A DNA stretch of 37,262 nucleotides, from assembly GCA_964637825.1 (NCBI GenBank), contig CAZWXG010000005.1, positions 1 to 37,262 on the forward strand, written 5' to 3'. A program made the translations under genes and the position numbers. The notes under the pieces were generated by a model, which made no database searches, was not told the origin of the DNA, and saw only the letters and a list, made by a program, of their open reading frames with translations. Below are positions 23,459 through 32,178 of this stretch, piece by piece. Within the stretch, counting starts at the first letter, position 1; each line of letters starts with the position of its first letter. The DNA is from an uncultured Acidobacteriota bacterium (GTDB lineage Bacteria > Acidobacteriota > UBA6911).

Positions 23459-24516
23459 GAGAATTGATGAAGGTAAGCAGAGAGAAAATGACCGCCGCCG
23501 TCCTCTACGGGAAGCGGGATGTGCGCATCGAGCAGATCCCCGTCCCCCGCATAGGGAAAGGCGAGGTCCTGGTCAGGATCAAGGCGGCGCTCACCTGCGG
23601 AACGGACCTGAAGGTCTACCGCCAGGGATTCCACGCGCGCATGATCGTCCCTCCCTCCGTTTTCGGACACGAGCTTGCGGGTGTCGTCGAGGAGGTGGGC
23701 GAGGGGGTCGAAAGCTTCTCCCCCGGGATGCGCGTGGTCAGCGCCAACTCCGGCCCGTGCAACGAATGCTTCTTCTGCCAGAAGCACCTGGCGAACCTCT
23801 GCGAAAACCTCCAGTTCATCAACGGCGCCTACGCCGAATACATCAAGATCCCCGAACGGATCGTGCGCCAGAACCTCCTGATCCTGCCCGACAGCGTCGC
23901 TTTCCAGGAAGCGGCGCTGGTGGAACCCCTGGCCTGCGTCATCAGGGCGGCGGAGGAGACCGGCATCGAGGAGGGGGACACCGTCGTCGTCATCGGCGTG
24001 GGACCGATCGGCCTGATGTTCGTCCAGGTCCTGAAATCGATGGGCGCGCGCGTCATCGCGCTGGGCAACCGCAAGACCCAGTTGTCCATGGCCGGGGCGA
24101 TGGGGGCCGACCACGTCGTGGACTCCACCCACTCGAACGTGGTGGAGCAGGTGCGCAGGATCACGTCGGGGCAACGCGGAGCCGATGTCGTCATCGAGGC
24201 GGTGGGCATCAGGGAAACCTGGCAGCAGGCGATGGGCATGGTCCGTCGCGGGGGAACCATCAACCTGTTCGGCGGCTGCCCCTCGGGCACGCACATCCCG
24301 CTGGACAGCACCCTGATCCACTATTCCGAAATCACGATCAAGGCCAACTTCCACCATACGCCGCGTCACATCCGCGAGGCCCTGGAAGCCATCCACCGGG
24401 GGAAGGTGAACGCCCGCAGCCTGATCACGGGCGAGGAGCAGCTGGCCGCGCTCGGCAGCGTCCTGGAGCGGCTCCTGAACCGCAACGGGGACCTCAAAAT
24501 CGCCATCATCCCCTGA
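23455..24516 (+). CDS. Zn-dependent medium-chain dehydrogenase/reductase, copy 2 (paralogue of the upstream gene)
   Basis: ATGA overlap with copy 1. Alternative starts are 23467 and 23488 (MTAAVLYG). LTCGTDL, GHELAG, structural Zn site CNECFFCQKHLANLC, Rossmann motif VIGVGPIGLM. Confidence 0.85.
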   Translation: MRELMKVSREKMTAAVLYGKRDVRIEQIPVPRIGKGEVLVRIKAALTCGTDLKVYRQGFHARMIVPPSVFGHELAGVVEEVGEGVESFSPGMRVVSANSGPCNECFFCQKHLANLCENLQFINGAYAEYIKIPERIVRQNLLILPDSVAFQEAALVEPLACVIRAAEETGIEEGDTVVVIGVGPIGLMFVQVLKSMGARVIALGNRKTQLSMAGAMGADHVVDSTHSNVVEQVRRITSGQRGADVVIEAVGIRETWQQAMGMVRRGGTINLFGGCPSGTHIPLDSTLIHYSEITIKANFHHTPRHIREALEAIHRGKVNARSLITGEEQLAALGSVLERLLNRNGDLKIAIIP

Positions 24517-24556
24517 GCGGCCGCGGGTCGCACGCCCGGGATCCCCGGAGAAGCGC

Positions 24557-25441
24557 ATGACACCGGAATTGATGGAGTCTTACCGGTCCGCGGAAGCCAT
24601 AGCCCGCAGCCGGAGCAATTTCTATTATTCGTTCATCGTCCTCCCCGCGGAGAAGAGGCTCGCCTTTTGCGCCGTTTACGCCTTCATGCGCCATGGCGAC
24701 GACATTTCCGACGAGGAGGGCGGGACCGGGGACAGGAGGGAGCGCCTCCGCCGGTGGCGGCTGCAGCTCGACACCGCCGCCTCGGGCCGCGATTCGGCCA
24801 GCCCGATCCTCCCCGCCTTCCGCGACACGCTCCAGAAGTTTTCCATCCCGGCGCAATATTTCCACTGGATCCTCGACGGCACGGAGATGGACCTGGAAAT
24901 CAGCCGGTACGAAAGCTTTGAGGAACTGTACCGCTACTGTTTCCGGGTGGCCTCGGCCGTCGGCCTGGTCTGCCTCCGCATCTTCGGGGCGAGCGGGGAA
25001 CGGGCCGAGAAACTCGCCGAACGGTGCGGCATCGCCTTCCAGCTGACCAACATCCTGAGGGACGTCAGGGAGGACGCCGAACGCGGGCGCATCTATCTGC
25101 CGCTCGAGGATCTCCGGCGTTTCCGCTACGCTCCCGAGGAACTCGCGGCCGGGGTCCTGGACGACCGGTTCCGCGCGCTGATGCGACACCAGGCCGAGCG
25201 GGCCCGGGAGTATTACCGCCAGGCGCGGGAACTGATCCCGCTGGTCGAGGTGTCGAGCCGCCCGGCCCTGTGGGCCATGATCGAGATCTACGAGCGGATC
25301 CTCGAGCGGATCGCCGAGCGGCGGTTCGACGTCTTCGGCGACCGCATACGCCTCTCCGCGCGGGAAAAGGGCGCCGTCGCCCTGAAGGCCATCGCCATGC
25401 GCGCGGCGAACCGCGCGGGATTCGCCCTGCCGCGCGGCTGA
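24557..25441 (+). CDS. Squalene/phytoene synthase family protein (HpnD/CrtB-like head-to-head prenyl synthase)
   Basis: SNFYYSFIVLPAEKRLAFCAVYAFMRHGDDISD (first Asp-rich motif), YRYCFRVASAVG, GIAFQLTNILRDVREDAERGRIYLP (second Asp-rich region). GGAGAA 4 nt upstream of the ATG. Confidence 0.75.
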   Translation: MTPELMESYRSAEAIARSRSNFYYSFIVLPAEKRLAFCAVYAFMRHGDDISDEEGGTGDRRERLRRWRLQLDTAASGRDSASPILPAFRDTLQKFSIPAQYFHWILDGTEMDLEISRYESFEELYRYCFRVASAVGLVCLRIFGASGERAEKLAERCGIAFQLTNILRDVREDAERGRIYLPLEDLRRFRYAPEELAAGVLDDRFRALMRHQAERAREYYRQARELIPLVEVSSRPALWAMIEIYERILERIAERRFDVFGDRIRLSAREKGAVALKAIAMRAANRAGFALPRG

Positions 25442-25607
25442 CGCCCGCGCCGCCCAAGAAGGTCTTGTCCCGTCCGGCGCGTTGTGCGAAAATGCGTGTC
25501 TTTTGAAGGACTTGGGATTTCGACAATCACGCGGGCCCCGACGGCGCCCGGCGGGCCCCCTTCCGAATTCAGGATAGCGCGGGGCTCAAGGATTCCTGGA
25601 ATAGATC

Positions 25608-26981
25608 ATGATCGTCTGCAAATTCGGCGGCACTTCAGTTCAGGACGCGGACGCGCTCCTGCGCCTGGCCGGGATCATCCGGTCGCGGCGGAACCAGCAG
25701 CCCATCGTGGTTTCCTCGGCGATGGGGAAGACGACCAACAACCTGCTCGAGGTCGCCCGCACGGCGGCGCGGGGGAAGAAGCCGGAAGCGCTGGACCTGC
25801 TGGCGAAAATCAGGGACCGGCACCTCAGGGAAGCGCAGAGGCTCGGTATCGCCGTCGCGGAAGACCAGGTTTCCGAAACGATTCACACCTACTTCAAGGA
25901 AATGAGAGACCTGGTCCGCGGCCTCGCGGCGCTGGGGGAGCTGACCCCGCGCATCACCGACGCCATGGCCAGTTACGGGGAGCGGCTGTCCACCCTCATC
26001 ATCGCCCGGCTGCTGGAAAACGAAGGGTTGCCGGCCGAACTGATGGACGCCCGGGAATGCATCGTCACCGACGACCATTTCACGCGGGCGGCCCCCCTGT
26101 TCGACCTGACGGACGCCGCCATCGTGGAGCACTTCCGCCCGGTGCTCAGGAGCGGGAAGATCCCCGTCTTCCAGGGGTTCATCGGGCGCACGCGCGACGG
26201 GATCACGACCACCATCGGTCGCGGCGGCTCCGATTTCACGGCCGCCATCGTGGGGGCGGCGCTCGACGCCGAGGACATCCAGATCTGGACCGACGTGGAC
26301 GGGATCATGACCACCGACCCGCGCATGGTCGAGCATGCCCGGCGCATCCGGGTCATCTCGTTCGACGAAGCGGCGGAACTGGCCTATTTCGGCGCCAAGG
26401 TGCTGCACCCGGCCACCATCATCCCCGCGGTCCGGAAAAAGATCCCCGTCCACGTGCTCAACAGCTCCAAGCCGGACCACGAGGGGACCCTGATCACCGA
26501 CGAGGCGCCCTGCTGCGACAACCCGGTCAAAGCCATCGCCTACAAGAGCGGGATCACGGTCGTCAACGTCACCTCGACCCGCATGTTGATGGCCTACGGT
26601 TTCCTGAAGAAGATTTTCGAAATCTTCGAACAGCACAGGGTGCCGGTGGACGTGGTCGCGACCAGCGAGGTATCCGTGTCACTGACCGTCGACGAGACCT
26701 CGAACCTGTGGGACATCGTGACGGATCTCAAGAAGATCGGCGAAGTCAACATCGAGGGGTCCAAGTCGATCGTCTGCTGCGTCGGCGACAACGTGCGCAA
26801 CGTCCCCGGCCTGCCCCACATCGCCTTCAGCGCGCTGCGCGACATCAGGATCCAGATGATTTCCCAGGGGGCCTCGGCCATCAACATCACCTTTGTCATC
26901 GACGACGACCGGCTCCCGGAAGCGGTGCGCAGTCTGCACGACGCCTTTTTTCAAAAGGTCGACCCGCGGATATTCGAGTGA
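25608..26981 (+). CDS. lysC: Aspartate kinase (monofunctional, LysC-like)
   Basis: MIVCKFGGTSV, VVSAMGKTTN, GRGGSDFTAA, IWTDVDGIMTTDPR, EAAELAYFGAKVLHP, and C-terminal ACT-type repeats. Confidence 0.92.
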   Translation: MIVCKFGGTSVQDADALLRLAGIIRSRRNQQPIVVSSAMGKTTNNLLEVARTAARGKKPEALDLLAKIRDRHLREAQRLGIAVAEDQVSETIHTYFKEMRDLVRGLAALGELTPRITDAMASYGERLSTLIIARLLENEGLPAELMDARECIVTDDHFTRAAPLFDLTDAAIVEHFRPVLRSGKIPVFQGFIGRTRDGITTTIGRGGSDFTAAIVGAALDAEDIQIWTDVDGIMTTDPRMVEHARRIRVISFDEAAELAYFGAKVLHPATIIPAVRKKIPVHVLNSSKPDHEGTLITDEAPCCDNPVKAIAYKSGITVVNVTSTRMLMAYGFLKKIFEIFEQHRVPVDVVATSEVSVSLTVDETSNLWDIVTDLKKIGEVNIEGSKSIVCCVGDNVRNVPGLPHIAFSALRDIRIQMISQGASAINITFVIDDDRLPEAVRSLHDAFFQKVDPRIFE

Positions 26982-27018
26982 CGGGCCGCCCCGCCGGAGG
27001 CCAAAGGAGGGTTCGCGG

Positions 27019-27723
27019 ATGAGAATCGCATTGCTCGGCTACGGCAAAATGGGGAAGATGGTGGAGGCGATCGCCGTCCGGGAAGGGTGGGACGTCGGTC
27101 CCCGGCTGGACGTCGAAGACAACCCCGGGGGGCGCGGCATCACCGTCGATTCCATGAAGGGGGTGGATGTCGCCGTCGAATTCAGCCAGCCGGAAGCGGT
27201 GATGGCGAATATCGAGGCGGCCGCCCGCGCGGGGGTCAACCTCGTGGTGGGCACCACCGGGTGGACGGCCGGCCGCGAGCGGGCGGAGCGCCTCGTCGCG
27301 GATTCGGGCATCGGCCTGATCCACGGCGCCAACTTCTCGCCCGGCATGAACCTGTTCTTTGAAATCGTCGCCCACGCTTCGCGCCTGGTCGGGATGATCC
27401 CCCGGTACGACGCCTTCATGCTGGAGGAGCACCACCGGGAGAAGAAGGACGCGCCCTCGGGGACGGCGCTCGACCTCCGGGACCTGATGCGGCCCCACCT
27501 CGGAGACCACGACATCTCCATCGCCACCGTCCGTGCGGGGTTCATTCCCGGCACCCACGTGATCGGGTTCGACAGCGAAGCGGACACCCTCCTGCTGGAG
27601 CACCGCGCGCGCAGCCGCCAGGGTTTTGCGGAGGGGGCGTTCCTGGCGGCGCGCTGGATCGCGGGGAAAAAGGGAATGTACGATTTTCGCCTGGTCTTTC
27701 GTGAAATCGTGGGACTGCCCTAG
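27019..27723 (+). CDS. dapB: 4-hydroxy-tetrahydrodipicolinate reductase
   Basis: ATG 27019 has AAAGGAGGG upstream. LLGYGKMGK, VVGTTGW, and the diagnostic EEHHREKKDAPSGTA. The upstream part of track ORF 26893..27723 overlaps lysC and is discarded. Confidence 0.9.
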   Translation: MRIALLGYGKMGKMVEAIAVREGWDVGPRLDVEDNPGGRGITVDSMKGVDVAVEFSQPEAVMANIEAAARAGVNLVVGTTGWTAGRERAERLVADSGIGLIHGANFSPGMNLFFEIVAHASRLVGMIPRYDAFMLEEHHREKKDAPSGTALDLRDLMRPHLGDHDISIATVRAGFIPGTHVIGFDSEADTLLLEHRARSRQGFAEGAFLAARWIAGKKGMYDFRLVFREIVGLP

Positions 27724-27758
27724 GCCCGGGGCCGGGCCCGACGTGGAGGAAACCTATC

Positions 27759-28655
27759 ATGGCCGATCTGACAGCACTCGCGGGTTGCGGCACCGCCCTG
27801 GTTACGCCGTTTACGTCCGCCGGCCGCGTGGACGAGAGTGCCCTGGCGGCGCTGGTCGACCGGCAGATCCGCGAGGGCATTCACTTTCTCGTACCCTGCG
27901 GAACGACGGGCGAAAGCCCGACGCTCACGCATGACGAACACCTCGCGGTCGTGGAGGCGACGGTGCGGGCCGCCGCCGGGCGGGTGCCCGTCGTGGCGGG
28001 CGCCGGCGGCAACGACACCGCGAAGGTGATCGCGATGACGGCGGAACTCGAGCGGATCGGGGCCGACGCCGTCCTCTCGGTGTCTCCCTACTACAACAAG
28101 CCGACGCAGGAGGGGATCTACCGGCACTACCGGGCGCTGGCCGAGTCGACCGGCCTCCCCGTCATCGTCTACAACGTGCCCGGCCGCACCGGCTCGAACG
28201 TCCTGCCCGACACCCTGCTGCGGCTGGCCGAGGTCCCCCGGATCGCCGGGGTCAAGGAGGCGAGCGGCGACATGTCCCAGATCGGGGAGATCTGCACGAG
28301 GGCGCCGGAGGGGTTCCGCATCTTTTCGGGCGACGATTCCCTGACCCTCCCCCTCATCGCTTCCGGGGGGCACGGCGTCATTTCCGTGGCCTCCAACGAG
28401 GCGCCGGGGCCGATGGCCCGGCTGGCCAGGGCCTGCCTCGAGGGGGACTGGGAGCAGGCGCGGCGGCTCAACCGCACCCTGTACCCGCTGATGAAGGTCA
28501 ACTTCGTCGAATCGAGCCCGATTCCGGTCAAGGCCGCCCTTGCCATGATGGGGTTGATCGAGGAGGTCTACCGGCTGCCGCTCTGCCCGATTTCGGACGG
28601 CGCCCGCGCACGGGTCTCCGCCGTCCTGGAATCCCTGGGGCTGCTCCGGGGATGA
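27759..28655 (+). CDS. dapA: 4-hydroxy-tetrahydrodipicolinate synthase
   Basis: GGAGGA SD. ALVTPF, VPCGTTGESPTLTHDEH, SPYYNKPTQEG, VYNVPGRTG, GVKEASGD (Schiff-base Lys context). Confidence 0.93.
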   Translation: MADLTALAGCGTALVTPFTSAGRVDESALAALVDRQIREGIHFLVPCGTTGESPTLTHDEHLAVVEATVRAAAGRVPVVAGAGGNDTAKVIAMTAELERIGADAVLSVSPYYNKPTQEGIYRHYRALAESTGLPVIVYNVPGRTGSNVLPDTLLRLAEVPRIAGVKEASGDMSQIGEICTRAPEGFRIFSGDDSLTLPLIASGGHGVISVASNEAPGPMARLARACLEGDWEQARRLNRTLYPLMKVNFVESSPIPVKAALAMMGLIEEVYRLPLCPISDGARARVSAVLESLGLLRG

Positions 28656-28701
28656 CGAGCCCGGGACGCGGCCGCACGAACATTTACCGTTGAGAGGAAC
28701 T

Positions 28702-30003
28702 ATGGCTCTGGTTTACCCGTTCCGCGCATACCGTTACGATCCAGGGGTGGTGGGGGATCTCGACCGGGTGGTCGCCCAGCCCTATGACAAAACCACGCCC
28801 GGGATGCAGGACCGGTACTACCAGGCCTCCCCCTACAACGTCGTGCGCATCACCCTGAACCTCGAAAAGCGCGGCGACCCGGAGACCGGCTACCCGGACG
28901 CGGGCGCCACCTTTCGCCGGTGGATCGGGGAGGGGGTGCTGGTCGAGGACAGCCGGCCGGCCTTCTACCCCTATTACCAGGAGTACACCATCGACGGCCA
29001 GACGCGGCTGCAGCGCGGGTTCATCGCGCTGCTGGACCTCGGGCGGTCGCAATCGGCCATCATCCCGCACGAGCACACCCTGGCGGCGCCGAAGCAGGAC
29101 CGGCTCAACCTGATGCGCAGCCTGGAGGGGAACGAGGACCTCATCTACATGCTCTACGCCGACGAGGCCCGCACGGTGGACCGGGTCATGGACGCCGCCG
29201 TCTCCGGCAAGAGGCCCGAAATCGAAGTCACCGACGAATACGGCGCCGTCCACCGCCTCTGGGCGATCACCGACCCGCAGGCGCTCGACACGATCCGCGC
29301 CGCCATGAGCGCCCGCGACCTGTTCATCGCCGACGGGCACCACCGCTTCGAAACCTCGGTCAATTTCATGAACGAGTGCGCCGCGAAAGGCTGGCGGCCG
29401 GAGGGGATGGAATCGTTCGACAAGCGCATGGTCACCTGCTTCAACAGCGACTCCGGGGTGACGATCCTGGCCACCCACCGGCTGCTGCGCGACCTCGACG
29501 GCTTCGATCCCCGGTCCCTGCTGGAGCGCCTGGGGGAGCATTTCACGGTGGAGCCGGCCCGTTCGGCCGCGGAGCTGTGGGAGGGGATGAGGGCGGGACA
29601 AAACGACCATGTCTTCGGCTTTTACGCCGGCAGCGCGGCGGGGTTCCACCTGCTGCGGATGAAGCCCTCCGCGATGGACACCGGGGCCCTGCGCCGGCAC
29701 CCGGAGGCTTTCCGGGACCTGGACGTCAGCATCCTCCACTCCCTGATCCTGGAGCAGCACCTGGGAATCGACGAGCGGAAACTGGCCGCGCAGTCGCACA
29801 TCGACTACGAGCGCGGCAGGGACGCGGGCGTCCGGAAAATCGACGAGGGGGGGTACCAGGCGGCCTTTTTCCTGAACCCGACCTCGGCCGCCGCCATGCA
29901 GCGCATCGCCTCCCTGGGGGAGCGCATGCCGCAGAAATCGACCGATTTCTATCCCAAGCTCCTCACGGGGCTGCTCTTCATGAAAATGAAGATCGGAAAG
30001 TGA
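28702..30003 (+). CDS. DUF1015 domain-containing protein
   Basis: ATG 28702 (MALVYPFRAYRY) has GAGAGGA upstream. Family-typical AQPYD, IIPHEHTLAAPKQDRLNLMR, FIADGHHRFETS, PQKSTDFYPKL. Confidence 0.85.
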   Translation: MALVYPFRAYRYDPGVVGDLDRVVAQPYDKTTPGMQDRYYQASPYNVVRITLNLEKRGDPETGYPDAGATFRRWIGEGVLVEDSRPAFYPYYQEYTIDGQTRLQRGFIALLDLGRSQSAIIPHEHTLAAPKQDRLNLMRSLEGNEDLIYMLYADEARTVDRVMDAAVSGKRPEIEVTDEYGAVHRLWAITDPQALDTIRAAMSARDLFIADGHHRFETSVNFMNECAAKGWRPEGMESFDKRMVTCFNSDSGVTILATHRLLRDLDGFDPRSLLERLGEHFTVEPARSAAELWEGMRAGQNDHVFGFYAGSAAGFHLLRMKPSAMDTGALRRHPEAFRDLDVSILHSLILEQHLGIDERKLAAQSHIDYERGRDAGVRKIDEGGYQAAFFLNPTSAAAMQRIASLGERMPQKSTDFYPKLLTGLLFMKMKIGK

Positions 30004-30006
30004 CCG

Positions 30007-30064
30007 GGCGCGATCGGCCTCCCGCCCGCCCGACGAACCCGCGGGGCCGGCTGCCGATCGCGCC
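30007..30064. repeat. Perfect 12-bp inverted repeat (GGCGCGATCGGC ... GCCGATCGCGCC) with a 34-nt spacer, in the DUF1015/ctaB intergenic region
   Basis: 30007-30018 is the exact reverse complement of 30053-30064. An inner CCCGC/GCGGG pair lies within the spacer. It sits between stop 30003 and start 30081. Confidence 0.6.
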
Positions 30065-30080
30065 GGGGGGCGCACGCGGG

Positions 30081-30983
30081 ATGAATCCTCCGGGTAAGAT
30101 GATCGCGGCCGGGGCGCGCACCCGGGTCCGGGTTCTGGAACTCGTGGAACTCGCCAAGCCCCGGCTCACCTCCCTGGTCCTGTTCACCACCCTCTCCGGC
30201 TTTTACCTCGGGTGTCCCGGCCCGGTCCCGCTCGTGCCCCTGTTCCATACCCTCGTCGGGGCGGGGCTCCTGGCGGCGGGCGCCGGCGCGTTCAACATGA
30301 TCGCGGAGCGACGGCGCGATGCCCTGATGAGCCGCACCCGGGAACGTCTCCTCGCCTCGGGCCGGCTCGCGCCGGGCCGGGCGCGGTGGATCGCCGCCAT
30401 CCTCTCATCCGCCGGGCTCGCCCAGCTCTTCCTGCTGGTGAATGCCCTCACGGGCCTCCTCGCGCTCCTCGTGATCGCCGGTTACCTCCTGGTCTATACC
30501 CCGCTGAAAACCCGGACATGGCTCTGCGTCCCCGCCGGCGCCGTTTCGGGGGCGCTCCCCGTCGTGATCGGGTGGGCGGGGGCCGCGGGCAGCGTCCCGC
30601 CGCAAGCCTGGATCCTGTTCATGATCGTGTTCCTCTGGCAGTTCCCCCATTTCCACGCCATCGGCTGGATGCACCGGGACGACTACGCCCGGGCCGGGAT
30701 CCCGATCCTGCCGGTCATCGACCCCGACGGCGGGAGGACGGGGCGCCAGGTGCGCCTGATCGTCCCCGCCCTCCTCGGCTGCTCCCTGCTCCCCGCCGCC
30801 GCCGGGATGGCGGGGACGGCGTACCTGGCCGGCGCCCTCCTCCTGGGAGCCGGGTTCCTGGTGCGCGCCCTCCGCTTCGCCCGCTCGCCCGACCCGGCCT
30901 CGGCGCGCCGGCTTCTCGGGGCTTCCGCCTTCTACCTCCCCCTGCTCCTGGCCCTCGCGGCTTTCGACAAGACGGCCGGCTGA
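30081..30983 (+). CDS. ctaB: Protoheme IX farnesyltransferase (heme O synthase)
   Basis: UbiA-family membrane protein: ELAKPRLTSLV, NMIAERRRDALMSRTRERLLASG (Asp-rich motif), FLWQFPHFHAIGWMHRDDYARAGIP. The alternative in-frame ATG is 30099. Track ORF 28920..30983 upstream of this overlaps DUF1015 out of frame. Confidence 0.85.
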   Translation: MNPPGKMIAAGARTRVRVLELVELAKPRLTSLVLFTTLSGFYLGCPGPVPLVPLFHTLVGAGLLAAGAGAFNMIAERRRDALMSRTRERLLASGRLAPGRARWIAAILSSAGLAQLFLLVNALTGLLALLVIAGYLLVYTPLKTRTWLCVPAGAVSGALPVVIGWAGAAGSVPPQAWILFMIVFLWQFPHFHAIGWMHRDDYARAGIPILPVIDPDGGRTGRQVRLIVPALLGCSLLPAAAGMAGTAYLAGALLLGAGFLVRALRFARSPDPASARRLLGASAFYLPLLLALAAFDKTAG

Positions 30984-31123
30984 CCCCCGCGGGGGCGCGC
31001 CCCGGTCGCAGAATACACGGGCGCGGAAACACCTTTTGGCATTATAATCACCGTTGGGGGAGGACGCCCCCAAGGACCCGGGAAGGCGCGAGCAGCGGCA
31101 ACCCAGCAACAGGAGGTGGATCG

Positions 31124-31510
31124 ATGTATCCTGCGGATTATGTCTACAGCAAAGACCACGAGTGGATCCTCGTCGAGGGGGAGATCGGGACCATCGGGAT
31201 CACGGAATATGCCCAGCATGAACTCGGGGACGTGGTGTTCGCGGACCTGCCCGAGGTGGGAGACACCTTCGAGGCGGGCGACCCCTTCGGCTCGGTGGAA
31301 TCGGTCAAGGCGGTGTCGGAGATCTTCTGCCCCGTCGCAGGAGAGGTGGTGGAGGTGAACCCCCTGCTGGCGGAAAAGCCCGAACTCATCAACGAGTCCC
31401 CCCACCGGGAGGCCTGGATGATCAAGATCCGCATCACCCGCCCGGAGGAACTGCGCGGGTTGCTCAGCGCCGGGGAATACGCCGAATACCTGCAGGAACA
31501 GTCCGCCTGA
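31124..31510 (+). CDS. gcvH: Glycine cleavage system H protein
   Basis: AGGAGG 7 nt upstream. YSKDHEWI, GITEYAQHELGDVVF, and the lipoyl-lysine motif ESVKAVSEIFCPVAGEV. Confidence 0.93.
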   Translation: MYPADYVYSKDHEWILVEGEIGTIGITEYAQHELGDVVFADLPEVGDTFEAGDPFGSVESVKAVSEIFCPVAGEVVEVNPLLAEKPELINESPHREAWMIKIRITRPEELRGLLSAGEYAEYLQEQSA

Positions 31511-31590
31511 CGACCACGGAGACCCGACAGCCTGGAGGCCGTCCTCCGGCCCGGCCCGGGATTGACTCCGGGGAGGTCCCGATACAAAAT

Positions 31591-32139
31591 ATGTCTGCAA
31601 CGTCAAAAGGAGCGCATCGGGGTATGGTCGATCCGTCGGAAGAGGAAACGCAGAAGAAGACCGGTTGGGGCAAGGCGGCGAAGGTTTCCCTGGGCGTGCT
31701 GGGGGGGTTGTCGCTGCTGATGGGCTATATCAGCGCCGCCGGGATGAAGGAATCGGAAATCGAGGCGGAGGCGCGCAAACCGGTCGACGACTTCTTTTCC
31801 GCGCTCAACGCGCGGGACCTGGAGCGGGGGCGCCGCACGCTCCACTACCCCCACGTCCAGATCGCGGGGAGCGATGTCAGCATCCTCCACGATCCCGAGT
31901 CGTTCCAGATCGATTTCCAGTCGCTCGCCGGCGAGGGGTGGACCTACAGCACCCTGGATTCCTGCACGATGCGCCAGTTTTGCGAAGACAAGGTTCACTT
32001 CGAACTGCAGTTCAGCATGCACCAGGCCAACGACTCGCGCTACGCCACCTACCAGGCGCTCTGGATCGTGACCTGCCAGGACGGGGCCTGGGGCGTCCAG
32101 TGCCGGTCGATCTTTCCCAGCGGCCTCCGGTTTTCCTGA
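31591..32139 (+). CDS. Hypothetical protein with an N-terminal membrane anchor; the C-terminal part looks NTF2/SnoaL-like
   Basis: One hydrophobic segment (VSLGVLGGLSLLMGYISAAG) is followed by VDDFFSALNARDLE...ALWIVTCQDGAWGVQ. The fold guess is weak. The alternative start is ATG 31624. Confidence 0.5.
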   Translation: MSATSKGAHRGMVDPSEEETQKKTGWGKAAKVSLGVLGGLSLLMGYISAAGMKESEIEAEARKPVDDFFSALNARDLERGRRTLHYPHVQIAGSDVSILHDPESFQIDFQSLAGEGWTYSTLDSCTMRQFCEDKVHFELQFSMHQANDSRYATYQALWIVTCQDGAWGVQCRSIFPSGLRFS

Positions 32140-32145
32140 GCCCAT

Positions 32146-32171
32146 CCGCCGGGGGGTCTCCCCCCCGGCGG
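32146..32171. terminator. GC-rich hairpin between convergent genes (possible bidirectional terminator)
   Basis: CCGCCGGGGGG (32146-32156), tctc loop, CCCCCCGGCGG (32161-32171): a perfect 11-bp stem. It lies 7 nt after stop 32139 and 8 nt before the minus-strand stop at 32179. There is no clear U-tract. Confidence 0.5.
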
Positions 32172-32178
32172 GCCGGGG

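Noticed and set aside
25442-25607. Lysine (L-box) riboswitch upstream of lysC
   Set aside because: The 166-nt leader lacks the AGAGGCGC and other conserved L-box elements I can recall and is shorter than a typical L-box plus expression platform. An RF00168 scan would be decisive.
28920-30080. Upstream extension of the ctaB ORF (687-aa track ORF). The same applies to 30212..31123 ahead of gcvH and 26893..27018 ahead of dapB.
   Set aside because: The extensions overlap well-supported genes out of frame and are R/P/G-rich. Family similarity and SD sequences begin at the internal ATGs 30081, 31124 and 27019.
30984-31123. Glycine riboswitch upstream of gcvH
   Set aside because: CACCGTTGGGGGA loosely resembles the ACCGAAGGGGCA core. 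I could not find the GGAGAG/CUCUC P1 elements or a second aptamer, and the leader is short. A TATAAT at about 31044 and a TTGGGGG/CCCCCAA hairpin are present but not diagnostic. A covariance-model scan (RF00504) would settle it.
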